64,000 bases of DNA, taken from assembly GCA_963761435.1 (NCBI GenBank), contig CAVXHJ010000010.1:929951-993950 (forward strand), read 5' to 3'. This DNA is from an uncultured Alphaproteobacteria bacterium. GTDB lineage: Bacteria; Pseudomonadota; Alphaproteobacteria; Rhizobiales; Beijerinckiaceae. Of the stretch, positions 1-11,836 are shown in pieces. The position numbers were made by a program, and so were the translations under genes. How positions within the stretch are numbered: the first letter of the stretch is position 1; each line of letters begins with the position of its first letter. The notes beneath the pieces were generated by a model. That model did not search any database, was not told the origin of the DNA, and was given only the letters and a program-made list of their open reading frames with translations.

Positions 1-43
1 AGGCGGCCGCCGAGCCAAACAGCAGGGTTCTGGAAAGCATCAT
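1..43 (-). CDS. 5' end of a secreted protein, possibly an alphaproteobacterial porin (partial, runs off window)
   Basis: Minus strand reads MMLSRTLLFGSAAA..., resembling the 'KSLLLGSAAA' signal peptide of Omp2/RopA porins; AT-rich upstream region ~240-330. Only 14 codons visible. Confidence 0.3.
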   Translation of the reverse strand, partial: MMLSRTLLFGSAAA

Positions 44-514
44 GTCCGGCCCAACCCATGTTGCGAAGACAGTCATCATCTGCGCGACTACAGGCAAAAC
101 CCGAGATCAACCGCGAATGCGGTTGGCCTCATCAGTATTTCTACCTATACCATCGCCAGAGTGAGTCTTGGTGTGTCGGAGCGACTGTTCATTCCAGCCG
201 TTTTCGAACCCCCAACTGAAGAGCAAACTCGACTCCGACGCTTCGCAAATATTATTTCGCAGCAAATATCTATAGCAAGTGCTGTGGAGCAAGATTAGAA
301 ACGATCCATTTTAGAACTATTCAAAATCGCTTCCTTCCTCATGTCCAGCCTCCCGCAACTCGGAGCTCTGGGCGCGCTTCAATCGCCACGTCGAGCGGAT
401 CGCCCGCTGTCGCGTAAATTTGTTAGCCGAAATCGCAGAAACCTCTTGCGCATGAGGTCCAATTCGCACAAATAGTCGGCTGCCCAATACGCACGTGCCT
501 GTGGTCGTGTGTCG

Positions 515-650
515 GTCGGCGGGGATCTGGACAAGAGGCCAGTCAACCGCCCCTGGAAGACCGGCAGCCGGAGGCCAACCGGCGAACCCCGCCAAACGGG
601 GGACGCGACTTGAAGCAACGACGGACCGGGCTTTTTTGGTCTCTGCCGAC
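515..650 (+). ncRNA. speF leader / alpha-r45-like structured RNA upstream of ornithine decarboxylase
   Basis: Located in the long 5' region of odc; AGAGGCCA (534-541) can pair with TGGTCTCT (637-644); internal CTGGAA..CGGCAGC..GGAGGC..ACCGGCG and GCGACTTGAAGCAACGACG..GGGCTTTTTTG match my recollection of the Rhizobiales speF motif. Confidence 0.7.
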
Positions 651-966
651 CCTCCAAAGGTTGGCGCCCAAAGAGGCTTGTCTATCTTGCCGGGCGTGCG
701 GACGGGCATTTCTCGTCCAAACGATGGCTCTCGATCGCTTAGGTCTGCAAACAGGCCCGGGCGTGTCACGGCTACGGCGCAGCAGCTGATTGCTCGCGTC
801 TTCGTTGGCGGCTTTTTCAAAGCCGTCGCGGGGGCCAACGGGCAATCGCGTCGGCGGGTCAACGACTTCGCGTCGCGTCTCCAACGCGCGGCGTGAAAAG
901 TCGCATCGCCGGCGAGTCCTTCATGTTTCCAGGCGCGGAGCAACCGCGCGCTTGGGGGATGCCGCT

Positions 967-2097
967 ATGACGGACCGCATCAAGGAATTCCTCGCCCGAA
1001 ACTGCGAGGACGGACCGCGACTCGTCGTCGATCTCGACGTCGTGCGCGAAAACTATATGGGCTTCGCCTGCGCCCTGCCGGACACCCGCGTGTTTTACGC
1101 CGTCAAGGCGAATCCGGCTCCGGAGATCCTCGCTTTGCTCGCAGGCCTCGGGGCGTGTTTCGACACCGCCTCGCTCACCGAGATCGAGCAGGCGCTCGCC
1201 GCCGGCGCGACGCCCGACCGCATCAGCTTCGGCAACACGATCAAGAAGGAAAAGGACATCGCGCGCGCCTATGGGCTCGGGATCCGGCTTTTTGCCATGG
1301 ATTGCGAGGCGGAAGTCGAGAAGATCGCGCGCGCCGCGCCGGGGGCGAAAGTGTTCTGCCGAATCATGTGCGACGGCGCGGGCGCCGAATGGCCGCTGTC
1401 GCGCAAGTTCGGCTGCGCGCCGGATATGGCCGCTCGCGTGCTCGAGCGCGCGCACGCGCTCGGCCTCGTCGCCCACGGGCTCTCGTTTCATGTCGGCTCG
1501 CAGCAACCCAATCCGCGGATGTGGGATCGGGCGCTGAAAGCCTCGGCGGCGATCTTTCGCGACCTGGCGGAGCGCGGGGTTCAGCTCGCCATGATCAACC
1601 TCGGCGGCGGCTTCCCGACCCGCTATTTAAAGGACGTGCCTGCGATCAAGACTTACGGTCAGACGATCTTCCGTGCGCTCCGCCGCCATTTCGGCAACCG
1701 CATCCCCGAGACGATCATCGAGCCTGGCCGCGGCATGGTCGGCAACGCGGGGATCATCGAAGCTGAGGTGGTGCTGATCTCCAAGAAGGCGAATGAGGAC
1801 AAGAGCCGCTGGGTCTATCTCGACATCGGCAAGTTCAACGGGCTCGCCGAGACGACGGACGAGATGATTCGCTATCCGATCCGCACTGCTTTCGACGATG
1901 ACCCGCTCGGGCCTTGCGTCATCGCGGGGCCGAGCTGCGACTCGGTCGACGTGCTCTACGAGAAGGAGCCCTATCTCCTGCCGATCTCGCTCGAGATCGG
2001 CGCGAAGGTCCTCATCGAGGGAACGGGCGCCTATACGACGACCTATTCCTCCGTGGGCTTCAACGGCTTCCCGCCTCTCAAGTCGTATGTGATCTGA
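967..2097 (+). CDS. odc: Ornithine decarboxylase (fold type III PLP-dependent)
   Basis: FYAVKANP (PLP lysine), SFHVGSQ, NLGGGF, IEPGRG, GPSCDS.D, GAYT motifs; start MTDRIKEF at ATG 967. Confidence 0.93.
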   Translation: MTDRIKEFLARNCEDGPRLVVDLDVVRENYMGFACALPDTRVFYAVKANPAPEILALLAGLGACFDTASLTEIEQALAAGATPDRISFGNTIKKEKDIARAYGLGIRLFAMDCEAEVEKIARAAPGAKVFCRIMCDGAGAEWPLSRKFGCAPDMAARVLERAHALGLVAHGLSFHVGSQQPNPRMWDRALKASAAIFRDLAERGVQLAMINLGGGFPTRYLKDVPAIKTYGQTIFRALRRHFGNRIPETIIEPGRGMVGNAGIIEAEVVLISKKANEDKSRWVYLDIGKFNGLAETTDEMIRYPIRTAFDDDPLGPCVIAGPSCDSVDVLYEKEPYLLPISLEIGAKVLIEGTGAYTTTYSSVGFNGFPPLKSYVI

Positions 2098-2142
2098 GCG
2101 CGCGCGCCTCGCGTCGTCCCGTTCATAGAGGCGCGCGGGCTC
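2096..2142. terminator. GC-rich hairpin between convergent genes
   Basis: GAGCGCGCGCGCCTC ... GAGGCGCGCGGGCTC inverted repeat directly after the odc stop. Confidence 0.4.
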
Positions 2143-2158
2143 AAGCTTCGCCGAGCCA

Positions 2159-2932
2159 TCAGAGCGTGAAGCGGGTCGGCTTGCCGAGCTGCAGGCTCGT
2201 GAGTCGATCCGCGATCTTCAGGACCGCGAAGGCCTGCGTGAGGTCCTCCGCGCTCTCCTTGAAATGCGCCCAGCCCTGATTGTGAACCCCGACGATCTTC
2301 GCATTCGGAAACGCATGCGCTGTCTCGATCACGTCGTTCGCGTCCATCGTCAGGTGGAACCGCGCGCGCGTCTCCGCCGATCCGGCGAATGCGATGACGA
2401 GCTTGGGCTGGAACCGCCGCGCCACTTCCGCCGTTCCGTCGTACCAGACCGTGTCGCCAGTGACATAGATCGCGTCGCCCTCACGCCCGCGCCCGATGAG
2501 GAACCCGACGACGTCGCCGGTCAGCGGCTCGACTCCGGCAGGTCCGTGCCGCGCCGGCGTCGCCGTAATCAAGAGCCGGGAGCCGCCGGCGCCCTCGATG
2601 GTCGCTGTTTCAAACGGCGCGAGACCCTTGCTCTTGCCCCCGACCCGTCCGGCGCCGACTTTGGTCGTGAAAGTGGTCTTCGCCTTCTCGAGAAGGGCGC
2701 GGCCGGAACGATCGAGGTTGTCGAAATGCTGGTCGTGGCTGAGCAGCACGGCGTCGATCGCGCCGACCTCCTCAGCCGTCAGCGCGGGCCCGGCCGTCTT
2801 GGTGAGCACCGCGCCGCCCTGATATTCGCCCGGCGGATCGAAGGTCGGATCGGTCAGCAGCCTGAAGCCGTCGAACTCGATGAGGACCGTGGGGCCGCCG
2901 ATGAGGGTGAGCGTCGCGTCGAAACCGTCCAT
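2159..2932 (-). CDS. MBL-fold metallo-hydrolase
   Basis: LLTDPTFD, LSHDQHFDNLD metal motif, TPARHGP, YVTGDT. Confidence 0.88.
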   Translation of the reverse strand: MDGFDATLTLIGGPTVLIEFDGFRLLTDPTFDPPGEYQGGAVLTKTAGPALTAEEVGAIDAVLLSHDQHFDNLDRSGRALLEKAKTTFTTKVGAGRVGGKSKGLAPFETATIEGAGGSRLLITATPARHGPAGVEPLTGDVVGFLIGRGREGDAIYVTGDTVWYDGTAEVARRFQPKLVIAFAGSAETRARFHLTMDANDVIETAHAFPNAKIVGVHNQGWAHFKESAEDLTQAFAVLKIADRLTSLQLGKPTRFTL

Positions 2933-3123
2933 GGAGCGTCCTCCGATCCCATTGGGTCCATCCTAGCAGCCCGAGCTGTCATATACGTGGCGCGCGCTTG
3001 ACCTATCCTCGACCGCTGCGCGAGGAAGTCGGAGCCTCGCTCCGCCGTCGGGCGACGGCCGGTCGTCCCTCGGGGCGGGCGCCACGAGAGGCGCGCCCAA
3101 ACTCAGATGCGCGGAACGTTCGA

Positions 3124-5236
3124 ATGAAGCTCACCCTTCCCCTCATCGCTGCTCTTGCGGCCTGCGTAAGCCTCGTCAACCCGGCGCGAGCCGCATCCTC
3201 CCTCCCTGCCGTCACGACGCAACCCGATCCGCCAGCGGACGTCGCGCCCTATTTCGTCGCCGACACCGACCCGCGCTGGACCGACGCGAACTGGTCGGCG
3301 GAGGACATCGCCGCGCTCCGGCAGAAGGTGAAGTACGTGTTCGTGATCTTCAACGAGAACCGCTCGTTCGACCACGAATACGGGACGCTTCCCGGCGTCA
3401 ACGGCCTCTATTCCGACGGCAAGAATGCGCGCAGCCCCGCCGATACGCCGGGCTTTACCGAGAGCTATCTCGACGCCAACACCGGGCAGACCGTAACCGT
3501 CCAGCCATTCCGCGTCGGTCCTGAGCAGAACGCGACCATCAAGGACTTCGACCGACCATTCCCATACCGGCCTCGCAGCGAAACTCGACGTCCAGAACGG
3601 GGTCCCGCAGATGGACAAATTCGCGGCCGTGGAGTGGTATCGATACGCCCATACCGGCAGCGCCAAGGGCGAGGCGATGGGCAAGCAGTTCGCCCGCCTC
3701 GTCATGACGCATATCGACTGCGACACCATCCCGTTCTTCTGGCGCTACGCCAGCCGCTTCACGATCTTCGACAATATCTTCGCCACCGAGGATACGCCCT
3801 CGACGCCGAACGCCGTCGCGATGATCGCCGGGCAGTCGGGCGAAACCCAATGGGTCAAGCACCCGGGCGCGGCGGCGAACCCCGCCAATGACGGCTTCAC
3901 CGGTCCTATCAGCGGCACGATCAACGGCCAGACCTATTCGGGCTCGGCGACCACGCAAGGGCCGCCTCTGGTCAACGACCCCGAGCCCTGGTGGGGCTCC
4001 GAATTCGACGACACGACCGCAGGACGCGAGCCGGCCGGAGCGGCGGGGAAAGAGTCCTACAACTCCGCCAACATCGCTTCGAACCTCACCTTCGCCACGC
4101 TGCCGCTCACCTTCATGGGCGGCTGGATCAACTGGTTCACCAACCTGGACCGCAACGCGGCCTTCGACCTTCTCGACCTCCAGAAGGACATCCCCTTCAT
4201 CGCCAATCTCGGCGGCGAGCCGGTCCAGTGGCGCTGGTACCAGAACGGCTACGACCAGGAGCCGACCGACAAAGGCGGTCCGGCGTCACACGAGAACTAC
4301 GTCAGTCACCACAACGGCCCTCAGTATTTCGGCTATCTGGCCAACAATCCGGCCGAAGAGACCAACATGCGCGGCGAAGGCGACTTCTTCGCCGACCTGG
4401 CGAAGAACGCGCTGCCGCGCAACGGCGGCGTGTTCTATCTTCGCGGCGGCTACTACAACCTCAACTACCCGAAGCAGACCGCGATCATCCAGAACCCGAA
4501 CTACCCGAACAAAAATGGCCTCACCCCGGCCGAAATCGCGGCGATCGACGTCTCCAAGTCCGGCGACGACGATCATCCGAGCTATTCGGACAGCCAGCTC
4601 ACCGAAGCCATGGCGGCGCGCGCAATCAACGCCATCGCCGCCAACAGGGACATCTGGGAGAAGAGCGCAATCATCATCACCTACGACGAGTCCGACGGTC
4701 TCTACGACCATGTGTCGCCGCGGATCTTGAGCTACGGGCCCGACGGACTGCCGCTCGCGCGCGGCGTCCGAATTCCGCTTCTGCTCATTTCGCCCTATGC
4801 GCGCGTCCATGCGGTGTCGCACGCGGAGGGGGACCACAATGCGGTGATCGAGACGATCAACGCGCTCTTCGGCCTGCCCGCCCTTTCGAGCCTGCCGGAC
4901 GAAGCCGACGCGCTCGCCGCCGGCGATTCGCCCTCGTTCAACGCTGTTGCGCCGCCCGGTTTCGAACAGAAATATCTCGGGCCTCGCGACGCCAACTCGC
5001 CAAGCGCGGAGAGTTTGTTGTCGGGCTTCGACAAGGCGCGGCTGAGCGGCGCCCTGTCCGCTCTGCCCGGATCCTACGCGACGATCCCGAGCGACATCGT
5101 CGAGACATTCCCACACTATGGTGGCAAGGGCTGCGAAGCGATCGGGATCACGCCGGAAGACGTGCGCCAGGGGATCCCGAACGCGATACCGGAAGGGTTC
5201 AATTCGCTGCCCGCGACGCTGCCGGCGTACAATTGA
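3124..5236 (+). CDS. Secreted phosphoesterase / phospholipase C-acid phosphatase family protein (frameshift near 3547)
   Basis: Signal peptide MKLTLPLIAALAAC..ARA; VFVIFNENRSFDH, TIFDNIF..TPSTPN, DDHP, IIITYDESDGLYDHV, GVRIPLLLISPYA. Removing one base in 'gacttcgacc' joins the two ORFs (..KD-S-TDHSHTG..). Confidence 0.85.
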
Positions 5237-6339
5237 AACCGAGCCTGCTCGAGTCGTCCTTCGAGACGCGCTGCTTCGCATCGCTCCTCAGGACGAGGTT
5301 TGGGGCGAGAGGTCGCACGCAAAGCCCTCGTCCCGAGGAGCCCGCAAAGCGGGCGTCTCGAAGGACGACTCCAGCGCTCGGCGTCGCGATCGCCGTCGCG
5401 CTCGCCTCGTGTCCCGCCGCCCACGCGGGCGCGATTGTCGATCGCATCAAGTCGTCCGGCGTCATCCGCTGCGGTGGCGTTCCGCGTCCTGGCCTCGCCG
5501 ACCGGCCGGCTGTGGGTCGTGGGCCGGGCGGGTTCTATCTCGACCTTTGCCGCGCGGTCGGCGCAGCGCTCCTTGCCCAGAACGGCAGGTTCGAGTTCCA
5601 CCCTTACGATTCCGATCACGCCTTCGAGCGCGTCGAGACCGGCGCCGACGATCTCTCCTTTCTCGACGGCTCGGACATCGCCGATCATCGCCTCGCCGCC
5701 AAGGTCGCGCTCGGTCCGCCGGTTTATTTCGTTTCGACGTCGGCGATGGTCCACAGCGACTCGGCGGTCCGGCGCTTGGACGACCTAGGCGCGAAGTCGA
5801 TCTGCTTCTACCAGGGCGACAGCGCCCACCGACATCTGGAAGGCTGGATGGCGGCGCATCGACAGAGCTTCGTGCGCATGGGCTATATGGAGTATGGCGA
5901 GCTTCACGACGCCTTCAATGCCCGGATCTGTGAGGCTCAAGTCGGCGAAAGCGGCGATCTGGCGTCCACCCGGCTCGAGGAAAGGGCCGAAAAGTCGAGC
6001 CGCATCCTCTCCGAGCCGCTCGGTGCCTTTCCCGTGTTCGCGGCGACCCCGGCGAGCGACCCGCAATGGTCGGCGATCGTCGCCTGGGCGATCTTCGCCT
6101 TGCAGCGCGCCGAGCTCGCGGCCTCGCCATGGGCGGCGGCGGGTGTCGATTCCCTTGGCGTCGAGGGGCGGGAGCTCGGCCTCCCCGACGACTGGATCAA
6201 GCATGTGATCGGCGCCGCCGGATCCTATGCCGACATCTACGCGCGCAACCTCGGCGACGCGTCGCCTCTCAAGCTCCCTCGCGGCCCGAATGCGCCCGCC
6301 GAAACCGGCGGCCTGTTCGCGACGCCCTTTCGGGAATAG
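5233..6339 (+). CDS. Amino-acid ABC transporter substrate-binding protein (AapJ/BztA-like)
   Basis: Hydrophobic signal (GVAIAVALASCPAAHA), then IVDRIKSSGVIRCG, DLCRAVGAA, DPQWSAIVAW, GSYADIYARNLG..LPRGPN..GGLFATPFR; TTG 5233 overlaps the upstream stop (TTGA). Confidence 0.82.
   Translation: MKPSLLESSFETRCFASLLRTRFGARGRTQSPRPEEPAKRASRRTTPALGVAIAVALASCPAAHAGAIVDRIKSSGVIRCGGVPRPGLADRPAVGRGPGGFYLDLCRAVGAALLAQNGRFEFHPYDSDHAFERVETGADDLSFLDGSDIADHRLAAKVALGPPVYFVSTSAMVHSDSAVRRLDDLGAKSICFYQGDSAHRHLEGWMAAHRQSFVRMGYMEYGELHDAFNARICEAQVGESGDLASTRLEERAEKSSRILSEPLGAFPVFAATPASDPQWSAIVAWAIFALQRAELAASPWAAAGVDSLGVEGRELGLPDDWIKHVIGAAGSYADIYARNLGDASPLKLPRGPNAPAETGGLFATPFRE
5251..5371. repeat. REP/RPE-like palindromic element
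   Basis: Perfect 19-bp inverted repeat GAGTCGTCCTTCGAGACGC (5251-5269) / GCGTCTCGAAGGACGACTC (5353-5371) plus inner arms GCTCCTCAGGACGAGG / CCTCGTCCCGAGGAGC. Confidence 0.85.
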
Positions 6340-6342
6340 CCG

Positions 6343-6804
6343 GTGGCCAAGATAAGCGCCGGCATCCTCCTCTTCCGAAGACGCCCGGCGGGAGTTGAAG
6401 TCCTGCTAGTGCATCCGGGCGGCCCGTTCTGGGCGAAGAAGGACTTGGGCGCGTGGTCGATTCCCAAGGGGCTCATGAACGAGGGGGAAGACCCGCTCCA
6501 GGCGGCGAAGCGGGAATTCCTCGAGGAAACGGGGACGGCGATCGATTGGGATTTTCTCGAGCTCGGCGCGTATCGGCAGCTCGGCGGCAAGACGATCGTG
6601 GCCTATGCGCAGGAGGGCGATTTCGATCCCGCATCGCTCTTGAGCAACATGTTCTCGACCGAATGGCCGCCCCATTCCGGACGTGTGGCCGAGTTCCCGG
6701 AGGTCGACAAAGCAGCCTGGTATTCGATCGATGAAGCGATGGAGAAGGTGACGAAAGGCCAGAAGCCGATCATCGCCGCCCTGGCGGAAAAGCTCGGCGT
6801 TTAG
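6343..6804 (+). CDS. NUDIX hydrolase
   Basis: LLVHPGGPFW..WSIPKG..AAKREFLEETG Nudix box; FPEVDKAAW. Confidence 0.9.
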   Translation: MAKISAGILLFRRRPAGVEVLLVHPGGPFWAKKDLGAWSIPKGLMNEGEDPLQAAKREFLEETGTAIDWDFLELGAYRQLGGKTIVAYAQEGDFDPASLLSNMFSTEWPPHSGRVAEFPEVDKAAWYSIDEAMEKVTKGQKPIIAALAEKLGV

Positions 6805-6885
6805 CGGCTTGCCTTCCGCACCGCGCCGTGAAAAAGCGCGCGCTCGACCTATATCTGGCCTCTCGCCTCTTAGGAGCCCGGTTTC

Positions 6886-7905
6886 ATGGCGTTCTGGTTG
6901 GACATTGCGGCCTTTCTGGTCAAGGCGCTCATCATCGTCGCCGCCATCGGCAGCCTCGCAATCCTGATCGCGCGGCTGGCGCGCTCGGGCGAAGCCAAGG
7001 AATTGGAGATCAAGATCCGTTCGCTCAACGAGCGTTATGACGACATGAGCGACGCGATGGATGGCGCCCTCCTCGACAAGAAGGAGCGCAAGGCGCGCTT
7101 GAAAACGCGCAAGAAGGAGGACAAGGCCGCCGCCAAGGCGCGACGCGGGCAGGCGCCGGGCAAACGCATCTACGTGCTCGGCTTCAAGGGCGACCTGCGC
7201 GCGACCGCGGTCAAGCGACTGGGCTCGGAGATCGACGCCGTGCTGATTGCGGCTCGGCCCGGAACCGACGAAGCCGTGATCAGAATTGAAAGTCCGGGCG
7301 GCACCGTAACCGGCTATGGGCTTGCGGCGGCAGAGATCCTGAGATTGCGGGAGCACAAGGTCAAGGTTGTCGCCTCGATCGATCAGGTGGCGGCGAGCGG
7401 CGGCTACATGATGGCTTGCGCGGCGGACCGCATCGTCGCCGCGCCATTCGCAGTCGTGGGTTCGATTGGCGTCGTGGCGCCAGTCCCGAACCTCCATCGG
7501 CTCCTGCAGAAGAACGAGATCGATTTCGAGGAGATGACCTCGGGCCAATTCAAGCGCACAGTTTCGGTCCTGGGCGAGATCACGCCTGCGGGGCGCGAGC
7601 ATTTCCGCGGCAAGCTCGAGGACACGCACGAGGCGTTCAAAGCCCATGTCGCTCAATGCCGCCCCCAGGTCGACATGGCCAAAGTCGCCAACGGCGACCA
7701 CTGGCTGGCCCGTGAGGCGCTCGGCCTCGGCCTCGTCGATGAGATCATGACAGGGGACGAGCTTCTGTTTCGCGCCCGCGACAGCGCGCGGCTTTATGAG
7801 GTGAGCACGGAGCCGCGCAAGACTTTGGCGCAGCAGCTCCTGAGCGGATTAGGGGCCGCGGCGCAGGGGGTGGCGGATAGCGTCATGGCCCGAATCCGCA
7901 GCTGA
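6886..7905 (+). CDS. sohB: Protease SohB (S49 family)
   Basis: N-terminal TM, FKGDLRA, IESPGGTVTGYGLAA, DQVAASGGYMMAC, GSIGVVA. Confidence 0.92.
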   Translation: MAFWLDIAAFLVKALIIVAAIGSLAILIARLARSGEAKELEIKIRSLNERYDDMSDAMDGALLDKKERKARLKTRKKEDKAAAKARRGQAPGKRIYVLGFKGDLRATAVKRLGSEIDAVLIAARPGTDEAVIRIESPGGTVTGYGLAAAEILRLREHKVKVVASIDQVAASGGYMMACAADRIVAAPFAVVGSIGVVAPVPNLHRLLQKNEIDFEEMTSGQFKRTVSVLGEITPAGREHFRGKLEDTHEAFKAHVAQCRPQVDMAKVANGDHWLAREALGLGLVDEIMTGDELLFRARDSARLYEVSTEPRKTLAQQLLSGLGAAAQGVADSVMARIRS

Positions 7906-7930
7906 TTGAACGGGCAAAGGGAGAGCTCAA

Positions 7931-8992
7931 ATGCCCGAGGTATTTTCCATCTACAATTGTGGGACTTCGCACAACCGCCAAAATCTGGATGAGACGGTCG
8001 CGGATCTGGCGCGCCGCAGCGCCGGTGCGGAGAATCGCGACTGGATGATAAACGACGGCCCGGGAAGCCACTCTCACGACCCAGGCAAGTCGGGGACGGC
8101 CCTTGATCGGGGGCTCGCGGCGCAGGCCAGCGCGCCGGGGACGCGCGATCCGGTCACCGGGCTGGAGGAAGCCTCAAACTTCGCGGTCATTCGCGGAATG
8201 ATTAGCGGCTATGGCTGGGAGCACAACGTCGAGCATACGATGGCGGTGCTGAACGGGACCCTCGACCTGCCGCGCACCATCAACATGGCAGGCTGGAGCC
8301 GGGGCGCGATTACATGCTTCATGATCGCCCATGCGCTCAGTGAAAATCCACGGACGAACGCGATTGCGGTGAACATCTTTGCATTGGATCCTGTCCCCGG
8401 CCCGGGGAACTTCGACGACCCCGACAAGGTGACGCTGCCGGCGAATGTGCAGCACTATTCGGCGGTGGTGCAGCAGGACGAGCGGCGCAAGATATTCAGA
8501 CCGGCGCTGATCGACGAAGACGCCGCGCCGGGGATCAAGACCAGGTTCTACTACATGCCCGGCGGCCACTCGACCGGGGTGTTCCGGACCAAGAACGAGA
8601 TCGGCCTGATCGCGACATTCCTCGTCCACAAGTTCCTGCAGAAGCACGGCACCCGGCTTAGCGGGGCGATCGAGCTCACCCCACGCGACCTGTGCGAACT
8701 CTACGCCAAGGTTCGCCTGGATATCGCGGAATACGAAAGAAGTGGCGGAGGCGCGTTGCTGCTTCTGGGCAAGCAGCGCCGCACCCTCCCCAATCGATTT
8801 CAAGACACGGCCTATTTTATCAACGACCATCACGCGAACCAGTTCCGCAAGACCTTTCCACTTGTATGGTCGGCGTTGGAACAGGGCGTAAGCGGCACTT
8901 TCCAGCCCATATTCGAGAGCGCGATGACGACGCTCAGAAATCAAGCGCCCACCACGTATCTGTCGCTCGAGAGGGTTGGGATTTTATCGTGA
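7931..8992 (+). CDS. Alpha/beta-hydrolase-fold protein, Tle1/DUF2235-like putative lipase
   Basis: N-terminal YNCGT, DGPGS, nucleophile elbow GWSRG, IFALDPVPG, QDERR, MPGGH; no signal peptide. Confidence 0.65.
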   Translation: MPEVFSIYNCGTSHNRQNLDETVADLARRSAGAENRDWMINDGPGSHSHDPGKSGTALDRGLAAQASAPGTRDPVTGLEEASNFAVIRGMISGYGWEHNVEHTMAVLNGTLDLPRTINMAGWSRGAITCFMIAHALSENPRTNAIAVNIFALDPVPGPGNFDDPDKVTLPANVQHYSAVVQQDERRKIFRPALIDEDAAPGIKTRFYYMPGGHSTGVFRTKNEIGLIATFLVHKFLQKHGTRLSGAIELTPRDLCELYAKVRLDIAEYERSGGGALLLLGKQRRTLPNRFQDTAYFINDHHANQFRKTFPLVWSALEQGVSGTFQPIFESAMTTLRNQAPTTYLSLERVGILS

Positions 8993-9078
8993 GTTGGGCG
9001 GTCACTACGGCAGGGCCGCCCTCCACAACTCGTCGGAAAACAGGCGTTCCGCCAAACGCTTAATCGACCAGTCGACAA

Positions 9079-9339
9079 TCAGCGCAGCTGGTAGCAGTTG
9101 ATGATCGTATGCGGATTGCGCGTCACGTCATAGAGCACGCCGCACTGGACAAGCGCGTTCGTCCCCGGATGACGGAACAGGATCAGCGACGTTCGATTGT
9201 CGTAGCCGCTCGCATAGCCGGCAATCTCCCACCCGTCGGCGAGCAGGCCCTCGATGGTCGGCGACGGCTCGGCCGCGGCGACCGCGGTCATGCTCATTGC
9301 GACGATAGTTGTGAGGCGCGCAGCACCCCGTCTGGTCAG
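9079..9339 (-). CDS. Small secreted hypothetical protein (start uncertain)
   Basis: Signal-like [13 protein letters not shown], then [24 protein letters not shown] with a Cys pair. Confidence 0.6.
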   Translation of the reverse strand: MTRRGAARLTTIVAMSMTAVAAAEPSPTIEGLLADGWEIAGYASGYDNRTSLILFRHPGTNALVQCGVLYDVTRNPHTIINCYQLR

Positions 9340-9424
9340 CGTCGCATTGAAGCTCGCTTGTTCAAGACGCGGCCAACTGCTAGTCAGCCGCCAACTTCCC
9401 TTTCCCCTCACGGACAGTCCTCGC

Positions 9425-11080
<1,656 letters not shown>

Positions 11081-11081
11081 G

Positions 11082-11723
11082 GTGCGGCAAAGCACGGCGT
11101 CGTGCTGCAAAAAGGACACGCCCTTGATCGTCGTCTTCGACATCGGCAATGTGCTTGTGCGCTGGAATCCGCGCAACCTGTTCCGCAAAACGATGAAGGA
11201 CGAGGCTCGGATGGAGCGGTTTCTCTCGACCGCGCTCGCCATGGATTTTGTCTCTCTCACCGATATCGTCGCGGATTTCTCCGCGGCTGTGACCGAGCGG
11301 GCGCGCGCATTTCCGGAATTCGCCCGCGAACTCCATCTCTTCGACGATCGGTGGGTCGAGACGCTCGGCACTCCGATCGAGGAGAACGTCGCGCTGCTTC
11401 GCCGGCTCAGAAACGCCGGCCGGCCGGTTTACGCGCTCAGCAACTTCGCCACCGTCAAGTTCGCGATCGCCCGCCAGATGTTCGATTTCTTGAACGAGTT
11501 TGACCATGCGGTGATCTCAGGCCACGTCGGCGCGGCGAAGCCCGACCCGCGCATCTACGAGATCCTGTTCGATAAGGCGGGGAAACGGCCGCACGAATTG
11601 GTGTTCATCGACAATTCGCCCGCGAACGTCCGCGCGGCAGAAGCCCTTGGCATGGCGACGATCCACTTCCACCCGGGCGTCGATCTCGAAAGGGAACTGA
11701 AGGCGCGCGGCGCCCTGCCCTGA
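11082..11723 (+). CDS. HAD-family phosphatase (start may be TTG 11124)
   Basis: VFDIGNVL, ALSNF, KPDPRIY, FIDNS..NV. Confidence 0.88.
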   Translation: MRQSTASCCKKDTPLIVVFDIGNVLVRWNPRNLFRKTMKDEARMERFLSTALAMDFVSLTDIVADFSAAVTERARAFPEFARELHLFDDRWVETLGTPIEENVALLRRLRNAGRPVYALSNFATVKFAIARQMFDFLNEFDHAVISGHVGAAKPDPRIYEILFDKAGKRPHELVFIDNSPANVRAAEALGMATIHFHPGVDLERELKARGALP

Positions 11724-11836
11724 GCAGCAAAGCGTGACCTTGGCCGGGCGCAGCTCGGCGCCGTTCCCAGGCCGGATGCATGTCGATCAGCGAGCAGCGC
11801 CGCGCGTCGCGTTCGGGGGTCGAAGCTGAACCCAAA

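Noticed and set aside
107-480. Short ORFs at the window start
   Set aside because: No motifs or RBS; better explained as AT-rich divergent promoter DNA.
3991-5232. 782-aa ORF as one protein
   Set aside because: The first ~414 codons are an alternative frame of the phosphoesterase; only the part from 5233 looks protein-like.
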